64,000 bases of DNA from Leucobacter soli (GTDB taxonomy: Bacteria > Actinomycetota > Actinomycetes > Actinomycetales > Microbacteriaceae): assembly GCA_040392345.1 (NCBI GenBank), contig JBEBWI010000001.1, forward strand, positions 19,181 to 83,180. The letters are read 5' to 3'. The notes under the pieces were generated by a model. It was not told the origin of the DNA and searched no databases. It saw only the letters and a list, made by a program, of their open reading frames with translations. This document shows, piece after piece, positions 48,126 to 58,259 of the stretch (its first letter is position 1; each line of letters opens with the position of its first letter). The position numbers and the translations under genes are program-made.

Positions 48126-49175
48126 TCATCTCCCCGCGAGGAATCGATCCTCCGCTTCATAGGGGAACCAGCCGTCGGCTCCGTACCGGGCGACGACGCC
48201 GGGGAACACATCGACCCAGCTGCCCCCGCGGGCCTCTGCTTCTCCGACGGCGCGGATCGCCCATTCGATGTCCTGCTGCAGCGCGTCGTCGTACGCAATG
48301 GCCTCCGCATACCCGAGCTCGGCGCGCGCCTTCTCCATACCGAGCACGATCGGGCGGGGTACGCCCCACGGGTTGAAGCCGACCCGGCCCTCCTGCGGCC
48401 CACCTGCGAAGGTGACGAACTCGGCCTCGTGGCCCATCAGCGCGAACACCCGGCGGCCGATCTCCTCCACGGTCAACGCGTCGTCGTCGGCTGCGTTGAG
48501 CACCCGCCGCGCAGGCCGCTCGGCGCACAGCCGGATGAGCTCTGCCACGTTGTCCGCCGCGGAGGTGGAGAATCGGCTCTTCCCGTCGTACGCGAGCGGA
48601 ACAGCGCGCCGGCCGTCGAGCGCACGCTTGATGAACGACCAGTGGTGGAGCGACGTGCTGAACGGCCCGTGCAGGGTACCCGGCCGAAGAATACTCACCG
48701 GAAGATCGGGGGTATCGAGCAGCACGCGCTCGAGATCCGCCTTCCGCGACCCGTAGTCCTGCCCCCCGCCCGGAAGCGTCTGCCAGTCCTCAGGGATCGG
48801 AACCGGGTATTCCGGGAATTCCTCGTCGCCTGAGGCGGTCTCGCTCGTGGTGCCGTTGCTCCCCTGGTAGACGGCTCCGGTGGATATCACGACGAGCGAG
48901 CCGAGCTCGCCTGCGAGGCGCGCATACTGCGCGCCGTGCTCCGGGGTGAATGCCACCGTGTCGACCACCAGGTCGCGCCCTTTGGCGAGCGCTGTCAGCG
49001 CATCGCCATCAGTCCGATCGAGCACGACCGACTCGACGTCGATGCCGCCGAATCTCGGGTCCTCGGTCCGGCCGGAACGGCTCGCGAGTGTAATGCGCCA
49101 CCCCTCTCTACCGAGTCTCGCCGCCGCAGCCCTGCCCAGCTGGCCGCTGCCTCCAATGATGAGTGCTGACTTCAT
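48126..49175 (-). CDS. NAD-dependent epimerase/dehydratase (extended SDR)
   Basis: GGSGQLG, ISTGAVY, YGSRK, LRPG. Confidence 0.88.
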   Translation of the reverse strand: MKSALIIGGSGQLGRAAAARLGREGWRITLASRSGRTEDPRFGGIDVESVVLDRTDGDALTALAKGRDLVVDTVAFTPEHGAQYARLAGELGSLVVISTGAVYQGSNGTTSETASGDEEFPEYPVPIPEDWQTLPGGGQDYGSRKADLERVLLDTPDLPVSILRPGTLHGPFSTSLHHWSFIKRALDGRRAVPLAYDGKSRFSTSAADNVAELIRLCAERPARRVLNAADDDALTVEEIGRRVFALMGHEAEFVTFAGGPQEGRVGFNPWGVPRPIVLGMEKARAELGYAEAIAYDDALQQDIEWAIRAVGEAEARGGSWVDVFPGVVARYGADGWFPYEAEDRFLAGR

Positions 49176-49226
49176 GCTGTTCTCTTTCCTGTTCGTCTCG
49201 AGTGTGTTCGTCGGTCGCGACCCGGC

Positions 49227-49781
49227 TCAGTTCTCAAGTCCTTCGATCCATGGGCCTTCGTCCCACGTCGCCTCATCGCGCTTCGATGCGGGCTGCCGCC
49301 TGAAGTGGCCGAACGTGCCGTGATGGAACAACAGGCCAGTGCCCTCGAGCCCGGTCTCCGCGGTCAATACCCGCCCCACGACCAGATGATGGTCGCCGCC
49401 GTCGTGCACGGCCTCGATTTCACAGTCGAGCCAACCGAGCGCGTCGCGGATCAGGGGCGACCCGTGCGGCGAGAGCTCCCACTGCGCGCCAAGGAACTTA
49501 TCGTGTTCGCCGCCCCTCCCGAAGGTCCGGCACAGGGATTCCTGCCCGACCGCGAGAATGCTGATCGCGAATCGTCCGGTGCGCGCGATCCGCTCCCAAC
49601 TCGACGAGGCTTTGCTCGGCGAGAGCGCAATGAGACGCGGGCGAAGCGAGAGCGAGAAGAACGACTGACAGGCGAGACCGGCGGGCACACCGTCCGGAAG
49701 CCCCGTGACGACGACGACACCGCTGGCGAACCTGCCCAGGAGGTTCCGGTAACCGACCTCATCCGATTCTTCGATGACCAT
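49227..49781 (-). CDS. Flavin reductase (HpaC-like)
   Basis: GRFASGVVVVT, SFFSLSL.P, GGDHHLVVG. Confidence 0.92.
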   Translation of the reverse strand: MVIEESDEVGYRNLLGRFASGVVVVTGLPDGVPAGLACQSFFSLSLRPRLIALSPSKASSSWERIARTGRFAISILAVGQESLCRTFGRGGEHDKFLGAQWELSPHGSPLIRDALGWLDCEIEAVHDGGDHHLVVGRVLTAETGLEGTGLLFHHGTFGHFRRQPASKRDEATWDEGPWIEGLEN

Positions 49782-49875
49782 GGTGCCGCGCTCCTTCGCT
49801 CCGTTGATCTCAATACTGGAGAGGAGCGGACACAGTCGCGATCAGGTAATTCGCATACCTGACATTCGGGTCCGC

Positions 49876-50322
49876 TCAGATCGCTTCCGCGGAATCCGGC
49901 TTCCAGCCGACGGGCCCGCCCCGATCCAGCAACTCGATGAGATGCCCCTCCGGATCCGACACGAATGCCATCCGCACGCCGGCTTCGGGAGCGGGCCGCG
50001 GCGCCATCCGTTCCTCGGCTCCATGAGCGAGCAGACGTTCGTAGACGGCGTCGACATCCTCGACCCGCAGGCAGATGTGCCCGTACCCCTGGGTCAGCAG
50101 CGCTTCAGGCGGCGAGGCCGCGCGGAGCCCCGCACGGGAACCTGCGCGCGAGAGCAGCTCGATCGCCCATTCCTGCCGCCTGTCTACGAGGAAGGTCCCG
50201 CGAATTCCGAGATCAGGAAGCTCGAACGGAGTGGTCTCCTCCAGTCCGAAGACCTCGGCGTACCAAGCGATCTGCGCATCCAAGTCGGCCACCGAGAGCC
50301 CCACATGATCGAGAGCGTGCAT
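49876..50322 (-). CDS. Single-domain VOC/glyoxalase protein
   Basis: LDHVGLSV, IELL, GHICLRV, DPEGHLIEL. Confidence 0.88.
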   Translation of the reverse strand: MHALDHVGLSVADLDAQIAWYAEVFGLEETTPFELPDLGIRGTFLVDRRQEWAIELLSRAGSRAGLRAASPPEALLTQGYGHICLRVEDVDAVYERLLAHGAEERMAPRPAPEAGVRMAFVSDPEGHLIELLDRGGPVGWKPDSAEAI

Positions 50323-51185
50323 CACATCCTCTCCTTTCGTTGTCGTGATTCGAATGCGCCCGCCTGCCGGGCCGAACGCCGCCGGGCCTGTTCCTCCGGG
50401 TCGGCGACCGGTGTGGCCGCGAGGAGTGCCGACGTATACGCGTCTTCGGGGGCCGTGGCGATCTTCTCGGTGGAGCCGGACTCGACGATGCGCCCGTGTC
50501 TCAGCACGATCGTGCGGTGCGAAACCGCACGGACGACATCGAGGTTGTGGGCGATGAAGAGATAGCTCACCCCCGTCTCCTCCTGCAATCCGATGAAGAG
50601 CTCGAGAATCTGGGCCTGGATCGAAAGATCCAGGCTCGCGGTCGGCTCGTCGCACACGATCAGCCTGGGCCTCGGCAGCATGGCCCGTGCAATGGCGATG
50701 CGTTGCCGCTGCCCGCCCGAGAAGGATCCTGGGTATCGCTCCTTCATCCCGGGCTCGATACCGACTCTGAGCAGCACATCGTCGATACGGGCCGCACGAT
50801 CCCTGCCCGAGAACTCCGGCCGCGAGTACAGTGCCTCCTCGAGGGTCTGCCGCACCGTGCGCGTCGGGTTCAACGAGGCGTAGGGATCCTGGAACACGTA
50901 CTGGACCTCGCGTGCGACCGCCCGCCGAGACCGTCTCCGCATAGCCGCGAGTTCGAGCCCGCCGAGATGTATCGATCCCTCGGAAGCTGGGGTGAGCCCC
51001 ACGACCGACCGCGCGATCGTGGTCTTACCCGACCCCGATTCGCCCACGAGCCCGACGGTCTCACCCACACCGACATCGAAGCTCACGCCGTCAAGCACTC
51101 GCCGCCGTCGCGATCCACGACCGTAGTCGACGCTCAGCCCCTGAACGCTCAGACAGGTTTCGATGTTCTCACCCTTCTGGTTCAT
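50322..51185 (-). CDS. DppF-type ABC ATPase (module 3)
   Basis: GESGSGKTT, FSGGQRQR. Confidence 0.92.
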   Translation of the reverse strand: MNQKGENIETCLSVQGLSVDYGRGSRRRRVLDGVSFDVGVGETVGLVGESGSGKTTIARSVVGLTPASEGSIHLGGLELAAMRRRSRRAVAREVQYVFQDPYASLNPTRTVRQTLEEALYSRPEFSGRDRAARIDDVLLRVGIEPGMKERYPGSFSGGQRQRIAIARAMLPRPRLIVCDEPTASLDLSIQAQILELFIGLQEETGVSYLFIAHNLDVVRAVSHRTIVLRHGRIVESGSTEKIATAPEDAYTSALLAATPVADPEEQARRRSARQAGAFESRQRKERM

Positions 51186-52972
51186 CTGCGCTCCTCCTCT
51201 CGCTGCTCCCGCGTCGGCATCGCCGCCGGATTCGAAGCGAGCAGCGAAGCCGTGTAGTCGTCAGCGGGCGCCGAGAAGAGCACCTCGATCGGGGCCGCCT
51301 CGCACACGACTCCGTTCCGCATCACCACGGCGCTCGAGCACATATCCGCCACGACGCCCCAATCATGAGTGATGAGCAGGATCGCCATGCCCGTTCTCAG
51401 CTGGATGTCGCGCAGCAGGTCGAGTATCTCGGCCTGCACCGTGACGTCGAGCGCAGTCGTCGGCTCATCGGCGATGAGCAGTTGGGGCTCGGCGCACAGC
51501 GCCCGCGCGATCGAGACGCGCTGGGCCATGCCGCCCGACAGCTCGAACGCGTACTTCTGGAACACCTCCTCAGGCTCGCGCATCTGCACCTTCTCGAGCA
51601 GATCCAGCGCCGACTCGCGGGCCTCGACCTTCGAGAGCTCGGGGCGGTGCTGACGCAGCGCCTCCACCAGTTGAGCGCCCACCCGCCACGCAGGGTCGAG
51701 AGACATGTGCGGTTCCTGCGAGATGTAGGCGATGCCGAGTTCGGTACGCCGCGCCGCCGGGAACTCGCCGATACCCGTGATGTCGGTCCCGTTGAAGAGC
51801 ACCCGGCCGCCGGTGACACGACCGTTCCGGAGCACTCCGAGAATCGCCCGCGCCGTCGCCGACTTGCCGCTTCCCGACTCTCCGAGCAACCCCACGGTGC
51901 TGCCGGGCGCCACATCGAAATCGATGCCGTGCACGACCCCGAGATCGGCGTCCCCATAGGCGACCTGCAGCCCGCGCACGCTGAGCAGGGTGTTCACCGG
52001 TTGGTCCACCTGTTCCAGTGCCATCGCGGGTTCCCGGCGTCGCAGGCGTCGCGGTGCGCGTGCACGAGCCCGCGCACCGCTCCATCGTTCGGTGGTGAGA
52101 TCCCGGAGCCCCTCTCCGAGCAGGCCGGTCGCAATCACGGTGCAGGCGATGGCCAGACCGGCCGAGACCATCAGCATGGGCTGCGTTCCGAAGATCTGAG
52201 CGCCATCGCCGATCATCAACCCCCATGAGGGGTAGGGCGGTTCGGTGCCGAAGCCGAGATACGCCGCACCGGTGACCAGGAGGAGTGCCATACCCGTGAG
52301 CATCGAGGCCTGCACGAGGACGGTACCGAGCTGACGGGTGAGAATGTGTCGTCCCAGGATGAGAGACGTAGGCAGCCCGGCGACCGCGGCGGCATCGATG
52401 AACGTCTCCTGCCGATAGCTCAACGTGCTCGCGCGGATCACGCGCATGAGGAACCCCGAGACGAGCACCCCGATGCACACCATCGCGATCGGCATGTTGT
52501 CCTGGAAGAGCGTGAGCACGACGAGCAGCATGACCATGCCGGGCAGTGACATGAGCAGATCGCTGATGGCCATGATGAAGGTGTCGACGTAACCGCCGGC
52601 GAACCCGGCGAGCATCCCGAATGCGACCCCGCTGATCAGGGCGGCGGCAACGACTTGACCGGTGTAGAGCAGCGTCGGGCCGGTGCCGACGATGAGCCGA
52701 CTGAGCGTGTCGCGCCCCAGCTGGTCAGTGCCCAGCCAATGCGCCCACGAGGGGCCCTGCAGCGACTCGGCGAGGTTGCCGGAGACCGGATCGTAGGGGG
52801 CGATCACCGTGCCGAGCACCGCCACCAGCACGAGCAGTGCGAGGTAGACAAGCGCAGCGAATGCGAGAGGCCTGCGCCGTGCGAGCTGGAGAAGCGGGGA
52901 CTGCGCCCGACGTGCGGCCGCTTCGGGCGTGGGAACGATGACGCCCGTGGCGAGTGGAGTGGGTTCCGTCAT
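51182..52972 (-). CDS. Fused DppC permease-DppD ATPase (module 3)
   Basis: LGTDQLGRD then GESGSGKS, LSGGMAQR. Confidence 0.92.
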   Translation of the reverse strand: MTEPTPLATGVIVPTPEAAARRAQSPLLQLARRRPLAFAALVYLALLVLVAVLGTVIAPYDPVSGNLAESLQGPSWAHWLGTDQLGRDTLSRLIVGTGPTLLYTGQVVAAALISGVAFGMLAGFAGGYVDTFIMAISDLLMSLPGMVMLLVVLTLFQDNMPIAMVCIGVLVSGFLMRVIRASTLSYRQETFIDAAAVAGLPTSLILGRHILTRQLGTVLVQASMLTGMALLLVTGAAYLGFGTEPPYPSWGLMIGDGAQIFGTQPMLMVSAGLAIACTVIATGLLGEGLRDLTTERWSGARARARAPRRLRRREPAMALEQVDQPVNTLLSVRGLQVAYGDADLGVVHGIDFDVAPGSTVGLLGESGSGKSATARAILGVLRNGRVTGGRVLFNGTDITGIGEFPAARRTELGIAYISQEPHMSLDPAWRVGAQLVEALRQHRPELSKVEARESALDLLEKVQMREPEEVFQKYAFELSGGMAQRVSIARALCAEPQLLIADEPTTALDVTVQAEILDLLRDIQLRTGMAILLITHDWGVVADMCSSAVVMRNGVVCEAAPIEVLFSAPADDYTASLLASNPAAMPTREQREEERR

Positions 52973-53913
52973 GAGCGGGTCCTCACCTTCGGATCGACGA
53001 ATGCGTATATCGCGTCGAGCACCAGGTTGACGACGATGACGATCAAACAGAAATAGCAGGCGACGGCCACGATCACCGGTACATCTCGAGTCGCCGTCGC
53101 TCTGACGGCGATCGATCCGAGACCCGGCAGCCCGAATACGCTCTCCGCCAGCACCGCACCGCTGAGCGTGCTGACGAAGAGCCCGCCGGTGACCGCGATC
53201 GCCGGAATCGCGGCGTTGCGCAGAACATGACCGAACAGAATCCGTCTGGGGGACAGACCTTGCACCCGGAGGACGTCGACGAACTCCTTGCTCAGGACCT
53301 CGTCGACGCTGTCGCGCGTCTGTTTCGACACCATCGCGATTCCACCGACGCACAATGCGGCTATGGGCAGCACCAGACTCTTCGCCCAGAGCACCGGGTC
53401 GTCGGGGAACGGCACGAATCCGGTGGCCGGGAACCAGCCGAGCTCAACCCCGAACACATTGCTGAGCACCAGAGCGATCCAGAACGGCGGCAACCCCATG
53501 CCGATGAGTGCCACGACATCGAGCGCCTTGGACAGCCAGCGGCCCTCGGTCGCCGCGTACACGCCGAGCGCCGTGCCGATGGCGCTCGCGAGCACGACTG
53601 CACCGAACGCAAGCGGGATGCTCACCGCTAGCCCGCGATTGAGCTGAGTCGCCACGGGCTGGGGAGAGACGATCGAGGTGCCCAGGTCGCCCTGAACAGC
53701 GCTGACGGCCCACTCGAAGTACCGCTGCCAAAGCGGAAGGTTCAGCCCCAGCTGTTCGCGCAGCGCCGTGAGTTGCTGCTCGGACGCGTTGGGGCCAAGC
53801 AGCGCCGACGCCGCATCGCCCGGGATCAACGACACGAGCGTGAAGGTCAACGCAGACACCGCGAAGAGGAGGACGACACCGGCAGCCGCGCGGCGAAGGA
53901 TGATCTTCAGCAT
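52969..53913 (-). CDS. DppB-type permease (module 3)
   Basis: PGDAA, GDLGTS, HVLRNA. Confidence 0.92.
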   Translation of the reverse strand: MLKIILRRAAAGVVLLFAVSALTFTLVSLIPGDAASALLGPNASEQQLTALREQLGLNLPLWQRYFEWAVSAVQGDLGTSIVSPQPVATQLNRGLAVSIPLAFGAVVLASAIGTALGVYAATEGRWLSKALDVVALIGMGLPPFWIALVLSNVFGVELGWFPATGFVPFPDDPVLWAKSLVLPIAALCVGGIAMVSKQTRDSVDEVLSKEFVDVLRVQGLSPRRILFGHVLRNAAIPAIAVTGGLFVSTLSGAVLAESVFGLPGLGSIAVRATATRDVPVIVAVACYFCLIVIVVNLVLDAIYAFVDPKVRTRS

Positions 53914-53944
53914 CGAGAGCCCTTCGGTAGAGATGGAACGGTGC

Positions 53945-53976
53945 TTCCGCCCCCGGAGGAGGCGCCGGGGGCGGAA
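53945..53976 (-). promoter_or_regulatory. 12-bp stem-loop between SBP and permease genes
   Basis: TTCCGCCCCCGG ... CCGGGGGCGGAA. Confidence 0.6.
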
Positions 53977-53986
53977 ACTTCACCAA

Positions 53987-55561
53987 CTAGGAGGTCTTGG
54001 ATATCCCCTGTCCGGGAATCGGGGCGACCATGTTGGGTTGGGGGATGACGAAGTTCTTCGTCGGCAGAACGATCGCGTCGCTCACGACATCCGTCGACCG
54101 CTCGGTGATCAGCGGCACGCTGAACGACACCTCGTTCAGGTAGCTGTTGAGCTCTTCCAACAGCCCGACGAAGGTCTCTTCGTCGGGAGCGACCGCGGCC
54201 TGCTTGATGAGTGCGTCCGCTCTCGGGTCGACGGCGCCCAGCGGGTTCAGCAGCGTGCCGGGGGAGACGATCGACTGCGTCACCATCGTGTAGAGGTCGT
54301 TGGAGAACAGACCGTAGACGACCGCGTCGTACCCGCCGCCAGCCATCTCCCCCATGAACTCCTCGAAGGTGCCCGACGACACGGTCAACTCCGCGGCGAC
54401 CCCCACCTGAGCGAGCTGATCCACCAGCAGCTGCCCGATCAGGCCACCTTGATCGGAGGTGGTGTTCGTGAGCAGTTTCAGAGCGAATCCATCGGCATAT
54501 CCCGCGCTGGCGAGCAGCGCCTTGGACTCATCGAGGTCGAACGGATACGAACCGACGAGGCTCTCACTGAAGCCCGGCTGCCCCTGTGGTGTCGTCTGTT
54601 CCTGCACGACCGCCGCACCCGAGTAGAGGCTTGAGACGATACCCTCGCGATCGATCGCGAGGTTGAGCGCCTGGCGCACGTTCGCATCCGAGAGGGGGCC
54701 CGAACTCGTATCGAGGAACTGCATCGACTTCCAAGAGGTGTACCCGCTGAGAGTCTCGAAGCCTTCCAGCGCGTTGGCACCGACCTGGGTAACGGGAATC
54801 TGCTGCGCGATATCGATCTGGCCGCTCTTCAGCGCCGCCAGGCGGGCGTTCGCATCGGGCAGAATCGAAATGCGGACGGCGTCGAAGGCGACTGCATCGG
54901 GCTCGAAGTACTCCTCGTTCGCGACGAACGCGACGGCGGATCCGGAAACGGTGTTCTCAGCATCGAGCACGTACTGGCCTGCACCGTCGGACGCGCTCTC
55001 GAGGCTGTCCGGATCAGCGAGGCCCTGCGGCCCGATGAGCAGGCCCATTCCGTAGAACTGGGACAGCGACTCGGCGGCGTTCGGGAATGCCTCCTCATAG
55101 GTGAGTCGCACGGTCAGATCGTCCACCGCTTCGACGTCTGCGAGTGTGCCGACCGATCGACCGTTCGGGTTCGGCGTGTCGAGGAAGTACCGGATCGAGG
55201 CTGCCGCAGCCGATGCGTCGAGCTCGCCGCCCTGTTGGAAGGTGACGCCTTCGCGCAGAGTGAATTCGAAGACGGTGTTGCCTTCGCCCACGTATCCCCA
55301 TTCCTCGGCGAGGCCCGGAAGGTAGCTTCCGTCATTCGCTTTGAAGATCACGGGATCGTACGCGTAGGTGACCACGCTGCTCACCGGCGTGAGCACGGGG
55401 TTGAGGCTCATCACCGGCATCTGGCTGCCGACCGTCAGCAGCGCGGAACGGCCTTCGACCGTCTGCTCCGAGGCGCTGCCGCCGCTCGAGCATCCGGCGA
55501 GCGCGAGTACGAGCGCCGAGACCGCAGCGGTGGCCGTGAGACCGAGTTTTGGATACTTCAT
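53987..55561 (-). CDS. Family 5 ABC substrate-binding lipoprotein (module 3)
   Basis: LAGC lipobox; YDPV, LREGVTF. Confidence 0.92.
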   Translation of the reverse strand: MKYPKLGLTATAAVSALVLALAGCSSGGSASEQTVEGRSALLTVGSQMPVMSLNPVLTPVSSVVTYAYDPVIFKANDGSYLPGLAEEWGYVGEGNTVFEFTLREGVTFQQGGELDASAAAASIRYFLDTPNPNGRSVGTLADVEAVDDLTVRLTYEEAFPNAAESLSQFYGMGLLIGPQGLADPDSLESASDGAGQYVLDAENTVSGSAVAFVANEEYFEPDAVAFDAVRISILPDANARLAALKSGQIDIAQQIPVTQVGANALEGFETLSGYTSWKSMQFLDTSSGPLSDANVRQALNLAIDREGIVSSLYSGAAVVQEQTTPQGQPGFSESLVGSYPFDLDESKALLASAGYADGFALKLLTNTTSDQGGLIGQLLVDQLAQVGVAAELTVSSGTFEEFMGEMAGGGYDAVVYGLFSNDLYTMVTQSIVSPGTLLNPLGAVDPRADALIKQAAVAPDEETFVGLLEELNSYLNEVSFSVPLITERSTDVVSDAIVLPTKNFVIPQPNMVAPIPGQGISKTS

Positions 55562-55595
55562 CGTATTCCTTCTCTCTTCTTGTGTTGTCAGTGAA

Positions 55596-56051
55596 TCATG
55601 CGGGCGGCGCGCTCGGCGGCGGCCCCGGGGTGCGCAGTCGGATCACGTTGCCATCGGCATCCGCGATGAATGCGGTGAGTCCCCCGGGGCCCGGATGAGC
55701 AGGCATCAGCACTTCGACGCCCCCGGTCGCGAATCGCTCGAGCGCGCCCTCGAGGTCGGCCACATCGAGCTGCACGTTCGTGCAGCCGGTGAGCAGCGCC
55801 GCATCGAGCGGGTGCTCCACACGCGCGCGCGGTGTCGCACCCGCTCGTTCGAGCAGCTCGATCGACCAACCGTTCTCCGATGCGAGCACACGCCCCTGGA
55901 GATCGTAGGGCGGCAGCGCGAACTCCGCGACCTGCTGCAATCCGAAGTGGGTGGTGTACCAGTCCACCGCGGATTCCAGGTTCTCCACGGCCAGCGTGTA
56001 GCCGCTCAGCTGCGCGCCGACGGCCCCGCCGGGCTTCGTCTGAGTGTTCAT
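55596..56051 (-). CDS. VOC/glyoxalase-fold protein, degenerate metal site
   Basis: Aligns with 49876-50322 (WY, F.LP, W.IELL) but lacks both His and the terminal Glu. Confidence 0.82.
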   Translation of the reverse strand: MNTQTKPGGAVGAQLSGYTLAVENLESAVDWYTTHFGLQQVAEFALPPYDLQGRVLASENGWSIELLERAGATPRARVEHPLDAALLTGCTNVQLDVADLEGALERFATGGVEVLMPAHPGPGGLTAFIADADGNVIRLRTPGPPPSAPPA

Positions 56052-56093
56052 GTGTTCCCCTTGCTTCTGTGGTTCGAATCGGAACGCTGTCGC

Positions 56094-57239
56094 TCACACC
56101 GGAAGGCGGGAGATGTTCCCGTCCTGCCCGAGGAGCACTTTGCCGTAGACCTCGCGGTTGACCGCCCAGTTCACGGCGCCATGGCGGGCGGTGGTGTTCA
56201 CGTCGCGCCAGGAGCGTTCGAACGGGCTCGACTGCGCGAAGGCGCCCGCGCCGACCGTCGTCATCACGATGTCGATCGCTTCGGTCACGTTCTTCATGAT
56301 CCAGCCGGCCTCGCCACGGATGCGCGCCCGCTCCAGAACCGTCAATTCCACGCCCTGCTCCTCGGCGGCGTCGAGCTGGTCGGTGGCCCGGAAGAGGTGC
56401 AGCCTCGCGGTGCCGATGCGCAACGATGCCTCCGCAAGATCGACCTGCACGCTCGTCGAGATCGCGCCCGGCTGGTACGAGGTGCCGGCGAACGGCTTCT
56501 CCGCCATGTAGTCGATCGCGCGCTGCAGCATTCCCTCGGCGATGCCGACCGGAATCGCGCACGGGCCGATCGAGAGCGCCGGGTTCGCGGGTGGCGGCCC
56601 CGGCAGTATCTCCACACGGTAGTCCGGCACGAAGAGCTCCTTCGCGACAACGGTCTCGCTCTCGGTTCCGCGCATGCCGGTCGCATCCCAAGTGCGATCG
56701 ATCGACACTTCTGCGATCGGAACCATGACCTTGGCCATCCCGGGCTCTCCTTCGGGGCCGGGAGGCAGTGCGAGGAACAGTGAGACCCAGTCGGCATGTG
56801 TGGAGCCCGACACGGAGAACCAGCGCCCGCTGATCCGGTATCCACCGTCCACCTGCTCGACGTCTCGGGTCGGCGTACCGCTGCCGCACACGCGCAGATC
56901 GGGCCCGTTCGCGAACAGCTCGTCCTTCAGCCGGTCGGAGGCGTGCGTCGTACCCGCTACCCCGCCGGCGAAAACGCCCACGACCCACGCGGTGGAGGCG
57001 CAGCCCTCGGCGAGCGTGCTGAGCACCTCCGTGCGGGTGCGCCCGTTGACCTCCCAGCCGCCGCGTTCCTTCGGGGAGTTCATCCGGAAGAATCCTGCGG
57101 CCTCGAGCTCTGCGATGGTCTCCTCGGGCAGCACCCCCGAGGCCTCGACGTTCGCGGCCCGCTCGCGCAGTGCCGGTACGAGCGCCACCGCGCTCGCCAC
57201 GAGCTCGTCATGGGTGGGAATGACATCGGTTTCAGTCAT
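56094..57239 (-). CDS. Acyl-CoA dehydrogenase-fold flavin-dependent hydroxylase (HsaA/HpaB-C2/DszC type)
   Basis: ASTAWV, GRWFSVSGS.HADW, W..TGMRGTES, RSWRD...H. Confidence 0.88.
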   Translation of the reverse strand: MTETDVIPTHDELVASAVALVPALRERAANVEASGVLPEETIAELEAAGFFRMNSPKERGGWEVNGRTRTEVLSTLAEGCASTAWVVGVFAGGVAGTTHASDRLKDELFANGPDLRVCGSGTPTRDVEQVDGGYRISGRWFSVSGSTHADWVSLFLALPPGPEGEPGMAKVMVPIAEVSIDRTWDATGMRGTESETVVAKELFVPDYRVEILPGPPPANPALSIGPCAIPVGIAEGMLQRAIDYMAEKPFAGTSYQPGAISTSVQVDLAEASLRIGTARLHLFRATDQLDAAEEQGVELTVLERARIRGEAGWIMKNVTEAIDIVMTTVGAGAFAQSSPFERSWRDVNTTARHGAVNWAVNREVYGKVLLGQDGNISRLPV

Positions 57240-57275
57240 GATGCTCCTTCTTTTCTGTAGCAGACTCTGAGACGG

Positions 57276-58061
57276 TCAACGGGGTTCGAGACCGTCGGGA
57301 TAGGCGGTGGCACCCACGAGAGTGATCGGCCCGCCGAACGGCCGAGTCACCGACCGCAGGAAATGCTCGGGATGCAGCACCTTCCCGGTGCACTGCATGC
57401 GTTCGAGATCGAGCACCGAGAGCATCCCCGCGGCGCTGTCGTACTCGCGCCAGGCGACCAGATAGACATGCTCAGTGATGCGGTAGTACGCCGCCGGGTG
57501 GCAGTCGGCACGTCCCGGAGTGCCGACGGTGCTCACGTTGTGGGCGCAGACCTTTTCCGAGCTGAGATAGAGATGCTCGTAGAGATTGGCCGGGCTGTAA
57601 CGGTACAGGTGGTGATGTCCGATCAGATCACGGGTCGGGCCGGGAGCCGGGCCCACCTGGACTCGGCCGTCGAGCCTCGCCACGGAGAACTCGTGACGCA
57701 CCTCGGGGCCCCGCGACCAGGTCTCCTCCGGGTGAAACCGCTCTTGGAACACCATGAGCGCCCAGCCGGTGCGCTTGGCGACGATCACCGTGACTGCCTC
57801 GAGCCCGCGTATGAAATCCTGGAAGTCGATGTCGATGAAGAAGACACCGTCTGCGGCCTCCACCACGTCGCAGGGATCCTCGCCCGCACCTTGCCAAGAC
57901 AGATCCTCTGCGACCCAGGCCGCGGTCTCGCCGCGGAACTCGATCACCAGACGGCCACCGTCGATCAGTTCGAGCACGAGGGTCTCGCCGCTAAGCGCGT
58001 CGGTGGATGGCAGACGATTGGCGGAAAGCGGCTCCATCGGAGGCCCGGGGGTCAACGGCAT
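57276..58061 (-). CDS. MoaF-family protein
   Basis: PTRDLIG, YRYSP...YEHLY, YLVAWRE; RBS GAGG. Confidence 0.75.
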   Translation of the reverse strand: MPLTPGPPMEPLSANRLPSTDALSGETLVLELIDGGRLVIEFRGETAAWVAEDLSWQGAGEDPCDVVEAADGVFFIDIDFQDFIRGLEAVTVIVAKRTGWALMVFQERFHPEETWSRGPEVRHEFSVARLDGRVQVGPAPGPTRDLIGHHHLYRYSPANLYEHLYLSSEKVCAHNVSTVGTPGRADCHPAAYYRITEHVYLVAWREYDSAAGMLSVLDLERMQCTGKVLHPEHFLRSVTRPFGGPITLVGATAYPDGLEPR

Positions 58062-58259
58062 TGTTGGTTCCTCATTACTAGTGGCTGTGAGCGGTGAGGC
58101 GGTCGGAGGATTCGTTACGTCCAATCCTGAAATACGCGGGCGGAATCCTCTCATTCCGAGTCCGTATCAGAGGTATGCGCAGGGGGGATGAAGCCGATCG
58201 TCTCGCCAGCGGGCAGAATGAATACGGGCCTTCAGACCGGCACGTTTCAAAGGGGAATC

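Noticed and set aside
57276-58061. Molybdenum cofactor biosynthesis role for the MoaF-like gene
   Set aside because: No Moco genes or molybdoenzymes nearby; the family name is not evidence of that function
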